Both the position numbers and the translations under genes were made by a program. A stretch of 64,000 nt of DNA from an uncultured Actinomycetes bacterium (GTDB lineage Bacteria; Actinomycetota; Actinomycetes; Mycobacteriales; SCTD01), in assembly GCA_963784675.1 (NCBI GenBank), contig CAWASE010000019.1:1408-65407 (forward strand), in the 5' to 3' direction. Shown here piece after piece: positions 58,531-64,000 of the stretch. Each line of letters opens with the position of its first letter. The stretch's first letter is position 1. The notes below the pieces were generated by a model, which saw nothing but the letters and a program-made list of their open reading frames with translations, made no database searches and was not told where the DNA came from.

Positions 58531-61049
58531 CCGAGCAGCTGGATGCCGGCCTGGTCGCCGGCGAGATCGCCGAGCACCCGGACGCGCTGAGCAAGCCCTA
58601 CGCGGGCGGTGAGCTGGGGCGCGGACGCCGTCGCAAGGAGGACGCCAAGCTCGTCACCGGCCAGACCAACTGGACCGACAACATCACCCTGCCGGGCCTG
58701 CTGCACCTGACCGTGCTGCGCAGCCCGATGGCCCACGCGAAGGTCGTCTCGGTCGACGTGAGCGCAGCCCTGGAGATGCCCGGCGTCATCGCCGCCTACA
58801 GCGGCAAGGACCTCGCCGACGTCATGGGCGGCTCGATGCCGTGCGCGTGGCCGGTCACCCCCGACATGGTCAGCCCGGCGCACACCCCGCTGGCCATCGA
58901 CGAGGTGCGCTACGTCGGCGACGGTGTCGCCGTCGTCATCGCCCGCAGCCGCTACGAGGCCGCCGATGCGCTGGAGGCCGTCGCGGTCGAGTACGAGCAG
59001 CTGCCGGCCGTCGTCGACATGGAGGCGGCGCTCAAAGACGGCTCTCCGCTGGTGCACAGCGACAAGGGCACCAACAAGTGCTTCCTGTTCGACTTCCCCG
59101 GCGCCGGAGCCGACTACGACGAGACCGTCGCGGCTGCCGGCGACGACGCGGTGGTGGTGAAGCGCCGCTTCCGGCAGCAGCGGCTATCCCGACCCCGATG
59201 GAGCCCCGCGGTGTCGTCGTCGCACCCATCGCGGCTGCCGACGAGTTCACCGTCTACTCCGCCACGCAGATCCCGCACATCCTGCGGGTGATGCTCGCGC
59301 TCACCACCGGCATCGGCGAGCACAAGCTGCGCGTCATCGCGCCCGACGTCGGCGGCGGCTTCGGCGCCAAGCTCAACGTCTACGCCGAGGAGGTGCTCTG
59401 CCTGGTCGTCGCCCGCAAGCTCGGCCGACCCGATCAAGTGGACCGAGACGCGCAGCGAGAACTACCAGGCCACCACGCACGGCCGCGACCAGATCCAGGA
59501 CATCACCATCGCGGCCCGCAAGGACGGCACGCTGCTGGGCCTGAAGGTCGAGCTGATGGCCGACATGGGCGCCTACCTGCAGCTCATCACCCCCGGCGTG
59601 CCGGTGCTGGGTGCGTTCATGTTCCCGGCGATCTACAAGATGGACGCCTACCGCTTCCTGTGCACCGGCGTCTTCACGACCAAGACGCCCACCGACGCCT
59701 ATCGCGGCGCCGGCCGACCCGAGGCGACCTACGCCATCGAGCGGATCATGGACGAGCTCGCGGCCGAGCTCGGACGCGACCCGATGGAGCTGCGCAAGCA
59801 GAACTGGATCAGGCACGAGGAGTTCCCGTACACGATGATCGCGGGGCTCACCTACGACAGGGGCAACTACGAGGCGGCCACCGAGAAGGCCGAGCAGATG
59901 TTCGACCTCGCCGGGCTGCGGGCCGAGCAGCAGCAGCGCCGTGAGCGCAAGGACCCGATCCAGCTCGGCATCGGCATCTCGACGTTCACCGAGATGTGCG
60001 GGCTGGCACCCTCGCGGGTGCTCGGCTCGCTGTCCTACGGCGCCGGCGGCTGGGAGTCGGCGTCGGTGCGGATGCTGCCGACCGGCAAGGTCGAGGTCGT
60101 GTCCGGCGCCACGCCGCACGGGCAGGGCCACCACACCGCCTGGAGCCAGATCGTCGCCGACTCGCTCGGGGTGCCGTTCGAGGACGTCCTGCTGGTCGCC
60201 GGTGACACTCAGAGCAGCCCCAAGGGCATGGACACCTACGGCTCGCGGTCGCTGGTCGTCGGCGGCGTCGCGATCCACAAGGCCACCGGCAAGGTCATCG
60301 AGAAGGCCAAGCGGATCGCCGCGCACCTGCTGGAGGCCAGCGAGGACGACGTCGAGTTCGGTGGCGGGACGTTCAGCGTGAAGGGCTCGCCGGAGGCCTC
60401 GCTGACCATCCAGGAGGTGGCGCTGGCGACCTTCGCGGCGCACAACCTGCCCGACGGCATGGAGCCGAGCCTGGACAGCGACTACGTCTACGACCCGGAG
60501 AACTTCTCCTACCCGCACGGCACCCACCTGTGCGCGGTCGAGATCGACACCGAGACCGGCTTCACGAAGATCCGCAAGTACGTCTGCGTCGACGACATCG
60601 GCAAGATCGTCAATCCGGTCATCGTCGAGGGCCAGGTGCACGGCGGGCTCGCGCAGGGCATCGCGCAGGCGCTGTACGAGGAGGCCGTCTACGACGCCGA
60701 GGGCAACCTGACCACCGGCTCGCTGGTCGACTACCTCGTGCCGGCCGCGCCCGACCTGCCGCACTTCGACACCGGCCGCACCGAGACGCCCGCGACCAGC
60801 AACCCGTTGGGCGTCAAGGGTGTCGGCGAGGCCGGCACGATCGCCTCGACCCCGGCGGTCATGAACGCCGTCGTCGACGCGCTGCGCCCCTACGGCGTGA
60901 ACAACCTGGACATGCCCGCGACGCCGGAGCGGGTCTGGCGGGCCATCCACGACGACGGCACGCTGCGCGCGACCTCGGGCACCGTCGCCTACGGGGGCGC
61001 GTCCACCGCGACCACCGCCGGCACCACGAGCAACGGAGCGTCCGCATGA
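58527..61049 (+). pseudogene. molybdopterin-binding large subunit, form-II CoxL-like, 2 frame switches in the first 910 nt
   Basis: ATG 58527 overlaps the coxS stop. Breaks near 59186 (cggct-atcc where ctg-atc is expected) and at CCC 59429-59431. The middle segment IPTPMEPRGVVVAP...VIAPDVGGGFGAKL and the last 1.6 kb are in other frames. Active-site loop PTDAYRGAGRPEA (the AYRGAGR form-II signature, not AYXCSFR). Confidence 0.8.
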
Positions 61050-61906
61050 TCCCCGCCGCGTTCGACTACGTCGCGCCCACCACGCTCGCCGAGGCGATCA
61101 CCGCGCTCGGCGAGGCCGGCGAGGACGCCAAGATCCTCGCCGGCGGGCAGAGCCTGCTGCCGGTGCTGCGGCTACGGCTGTCGTTCCCGACCGTGCTGGT
61201 CGACCTGTCCAAGGTCGCCGAGCTCAAGGGGGTCCGCGAGGACGGTGACAGCCTGGTCATCGGCGCGATGACCCGGCACAGCGACGTCATGGAGGACCCG
61301 CTCGTGCGCCGGCACGCCGCGCTGCTGTCTGCCGCCACCGCCACCGTCGCCGATCCGGCGGTGCGCCACCGCGGCACCTTCGGCGGGGCGCTGGCCCATG
61401 CCGACCCGGCCGGTGACCTCGCCGCCGTCGCCCTGGCCCTGGACGCCGAGCTGGTCGCCGAGGGGCCCGGCGGACGTCGGTCCATCGCGGCGGCCGACTT
61501 CTTCCAGGACTATCTGGAGACGGCGCTGTCCCCGGACGAGATCCTCGCCGAGATCCGGTTGCCGAAGCTCGAAGGCAGCTGGGGGGTGCGGTACGAGAAG
61601 TTCAACCGCGTCGCGCAGGCGTGGGCGATCGTCGGGGTGGCCGCAGCGGTGCGGCTCGACGGCGGCAGCATCGCCGAGGCCAGGATCGGACTCACCAACA
61701 TGGGCTCGACCCCCCTGCGCGCCCGCGACGTGGAGCAGGCGCTCGTCGGCGCGGCGGACCGGGCCGCCGTGACGGCCGCGGTCGCGACCGTGGCCGAGGG
61801 CACGAGCCCGCCCGCGGACCTCGGCGGCCAGCCCGACTACCGCCGGCACCTGGCCAGGGTGCTCACCGGACGAGCCGTCGTCGCCGCGGCCGGGTTCGGC
61901 AGCTGA
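61046..61906 (+). CDS. FAD-binding medium subunit (CoxM-like)
   Basis: ATG 61046 overlaps the large-subunit stop. AKILAGGQSLLPVLRLR and HRGTFGGALAHADPAGD motifs. 286 aa. Confidence 0.88.
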   Translation: MIPAAFDYVAPTTLAEAITALGEAGEDAKILAGGQSLLPVLRLRLSFPTVLVDLSKVAELKGVREDGDSLVIGAMTRHSDVMEDPLVRRHAALLSAATATVADPAVRHRGTFGGALAHADPAGDLAAVALALDAELVAEGPGGRRSIAAADFFQDYLETALSPDEILAEIRLPKLEGSWGVRYEKFNRVAQAWAIVGVAAAVRLDGGSIAEARIGLTNMGSTPLRARDVEQALVGAADRAAVTAAVATVAEGTSPPADLGGQPDYRRHLARVLTGRAVVAAAGFGS

Positions 61907-61947
61907 CGGCCGGTCCGCCCGTCCGGCGGGGTCTGCTCCCTGCAGGG

Positions 61948-62829
61948 GTGCAGGATCCCGCCGGGCTGCGAGGGCTGCTGGCCGACGCCGGCTATCTCGC
62001 CGACGAGGGGGTCGCCACCGCCGCCTATCTCGCCCTGGCCCTGCCGCGCCCCCTGTTCCTGGAGGGCGAGGCCGGCGTCGGCAAGACCGCGCTGGCGCAC
62101 GCCCTCGCGGCGGTCGTCGGGGCCGACCTGCTCCGGTTGCAGTGCTACGAGGGCATCGACGCCAGCCAGGCCCTGTACGACTGGGACTTTCCGCGGCAGC
62201 TGCTGCACCTGCGTGCGGCCGAGGCGGCCGGGGGCGGTGACGCGCAGGCGCTCGAGAGCGAGGTGTACAGCCGACGCTTCCTGCTGGCCCGTCCGTTGCT
62301 GGCAGCGCTCGAGACCACCCCGGCGGTGCTGCTCGTCGACGAGGTCGACCGTGCCGACGACGAGTTCGAGGCCTTCTTGCTGGAGGTGCTCTCGGACTAC
62401 ACCGTCACCGTGCCCGAGCTCGGCACCATCCGTGCCGAGGTCGCACCGATCGTCGTGGTGACGAGCAACCGCACCCGCGAGGTGCACGATGCGCTCAAGC
62501 GCCGCTGTCTCTACCACTGGGTGGAGCACCCGGACTTCGAGCGCGAGGTCGCGATCGTGCGCCAGCGCGTCCCTGAGGCCGCGGCCGTCCTGGTCGCGCA
62601 GGTGGCCCGGGCGGTGGCGGCGTTGCGCGCGGAAGACCTGCTCAAGCCACCGGGCGTGGCCGAGACCATCGACTGGACGCAGGCGTTGGTCGCCCTCGGC
62701 GCCGAGCAGCTCGACGCCGGGCTCGCGACCGCCACGCTCGGGGCGGTGCTGAAGTACCGCGAGGACCAGCAGCACGCCCAGCGCCTGGACGTGCAGCAGA
62801 TGATCGCCACCGCCGTCCTGGGTCGATGA
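61948..62829 (+). CDS. MoxR/CoxD-like AAA+ ATPase
   Basis: Start GTG 61948 is tentative. Walker A GEAGVGKTALA, Walker B LLVDEVDRADDEF and VVTSNRTREVHDALKRRC. About 293 aa. Confidence 0.85.
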   Translation: MQDPAGLRGLLADAGYLADEGVATAAYLALALPRPLFLEGEAGVGKTALAHALAAVVGADLLRLQCYEGIDASQALYDWDFPRQLLHLRAAEAAGGGDAQALESEVYSRRFLLARPLLAALETTPAVLLVDEVDRADDEFEAFLLEVLSDYTVTVPELGTIRAEVAPIVVVTSNRTREVHDALKRRCLYHWVEHPDFEREVAIVRQRVPEAAAVLVAQVARAVAALRAEDLLKPPGVAETIDWTQALVALGAEQLDAGLATATLGAVLKYREDQQHAQRLDVQQMIATAVLGR

Positions 62830-64000
62830 CCACGACCTGGGCCGGGTCGAGGTCGGCGAGCCGGGACGGCGTCGACAGCCTGGTCGGGCTGGCGGCAACC
62901 CTGCGCGCGGCAGGCGTCCCGGCGACGTCCGATCGCGTCCAGGCCGCGGTGTCGGCCCTGGCCGGCCTCGACGCCGCGAAGCGCGCCGACGTCTACTGGG
63001 CGGGCCGCCTGACGCTGTGCGGCACGCGTGAGGAGCAGCAGCGCTACGACACCGTCTTCGACGCCTACTTCGGCGCGCGCCCCGGCTCGGTGGTGCGCCG
63101 GCAGCGCCTGACCACGAGCCAGCTGCGGCTGGTCGCCGACGCGGGAGAGCCCGGGCTGGACGGCGACGACGAGCCGCCCGGCGCAGCGCCGGCGCAGGCG
63201 GCTGCCAGCAGCGTGGAACAGCTGCGGCACCGCGACGTCAGCACGCTCGACAGCCGCGAGAAGGCTGAGCTGCGGGCCCTGCTCGCTGCCCTGACCCTCC
63301 CGGGACAGGTCCGGCGCACCCGCCGCCGCCGACCGTCGGCCCGCGGCGGGGTCGACGGCGCGCGCACCGTACGCGCCTGGCTCGCCGCCGGGGGGGAGCC
63401 GGCGCGGCTGCGCTACCGCTCGCCCGTCACCCGCCCCCGTCGCGTGGTGCTGCTCGTGGACGTGAGCGGCTCCATGGATGCCTACGCCGACGCGCTGCTG
63501 CGGTTCGCCCATGCCGCCTCCCGGCGGGGGAGAGCGGCCGGTCCGGTCGAGGTGTTCGCCCTCGGCACCCGGCTGACCCGGCTCACGCGCGAGCTCGCCC
63601 ATCCCGACCCCGACACCGCGATGGCCGCCGTCGCCGCAGCGCTCGCGGACGCCGGCGGCGGCACCCGGCTCGGCGAGCTGCTCAAGCAGTTCCTGGACCG
63701 CTGGGGGCAGCGGGGAACCGCGCGCGGCGCGGTCGTCGTCGTGCTGTCCGACGGGTGGGAGCGGGGCGACGCGGCCCTGCTCGGGGACCAGATGGCCCGG
63801 CTGCACCGGCTCGCGCACCGGGTCGTGTGGTCCAACCCGCGCAAGGCGGCCCCGGGCTACGCGCCGCTCGCCGCGGGGATGGCTGCGGCGCTGCCGCACG
63901 TTGACGACTTCGTGGAGGGTCACAGCCTGGGCGCGCTGGAGCAGCTGGCTGCCGTCGTGCTCGGCCGCGCCGCAGCGACCTCGGGACGGGACCGCGCGCG
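62826..64000 (+). CDS. vWA-domain protein (CoxE-like), 3' end outside window
   Basis: ATG 62826 overlaps the upstream stop (ATGA). The frame stays open to the window end. MIDAS motif VVLLVDVSGSM and VVVVLSDGWERGD. Confidence 0.8.
   Translation, partial: MTTTWAGSRSASRDGVDSLVGLAATLRAAGVPATSDRVQAAVSALAGLDAAKRADVYWAGRLTLCGTREEQQRYDTVFDAYFGARPGSVVRRQRLTTSQLRLVADAGEPGLDGDDEPPGAAPAQAAASSVEQLRHRDVSTLDSREKAELRALLAALTLPGQVRRTRRRRPSARGGVDGARTVRAWLAAGGEPARLRYRSPVTRPRRVVLLVDVSGSMDAYADALLRFAHAASRRGRAAGPVEVFALGTRLTRLTRELAHPDPDTAMAAVAAALADAGGGTRLGELLKQFLDRWGQRGTARGAVVVVLSDGWERGDAALLGDQMARLHRLAHRVVWSNPRKAAPGYAPLAAGMAAALPHVDDFVEGHSLGALEQLAAVVLGRAAATSGRDRA

Noticed and set aside
51732-59440. Programmed ribosomal frameshifting or intein/intron-type interruptions as an explanation for the broken genes.
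   Set aside because: There are too many breaks per gene, in both directions, and in unrelated genes. No slippery sites or inserted sequence occur at the junctions, where single-base indels are sufficient to restore the frames.

Overview
High-GC actinobacterial chromosome (GC judged by eye at above 70%, not computed). The first ~28 kb is a housekeeping core in the same order as Mycobacterium tuberculosis Rv1292-Rv1315, as I recall it: argS(3' end)-lysA-hom-thrC-thrB-rho-rpmE-prfA-prmC-tsaC-like-PTP-glyA-wecA-atpI-like-atpBEFHAGDC-DUF2550-like, then a PduO-type corrinoid adenosyltransferase, a sigma/anti-sigma pair and murA. Many of these genes have overlapping stop/start codons. The rest is more accessory. 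It holds a STAS protein and a Zn-metalloprotease, a MeaA/Ecm-type B12 acyl-CoA mutase, and an ECF sigma/anti-sigma pair divergent from a TolB-like secreted protein. These are followed by a MoxR-DUF58-transglutaminase triad, a large secreted hydrolase, a MazEF-type toxin-antitoxin cassette beside a 5'-truncated queA remnant, and nucS. Further on come a doubled 3-hydroxyacyl-CoA dehydrogenase, an SDR, an AI-2E transporter, a DivIVA-domain protein, ccr, a Uma2 nuclease, Nudix, epimerase, thiolase, meaB and a form-II coxSLM-like cluster with coxD/E-like genes. No rRNA, tRNA, CRISPR, transposase or integrase was recognised. The main unusual signals are: (1) about 25 reading-frame breaks confined to six genes between ~52.1 and ~59.4 kb while interleaved genes stay intact; (2) a 26/27-bp tandem repeat that reiterates the 3' end and stop codon of a 39-aa lysine-rich ORF; (3) a ~270-aa repeat-rich insertion in Rho; (4) a recurrent TANNNT box 6-7 nt upstream of eight start codons, suggesting leaderless mRNAs. 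I found no clearly novel multi-gene system. The candidates listed are hypotheses that need database searches or resequencing.
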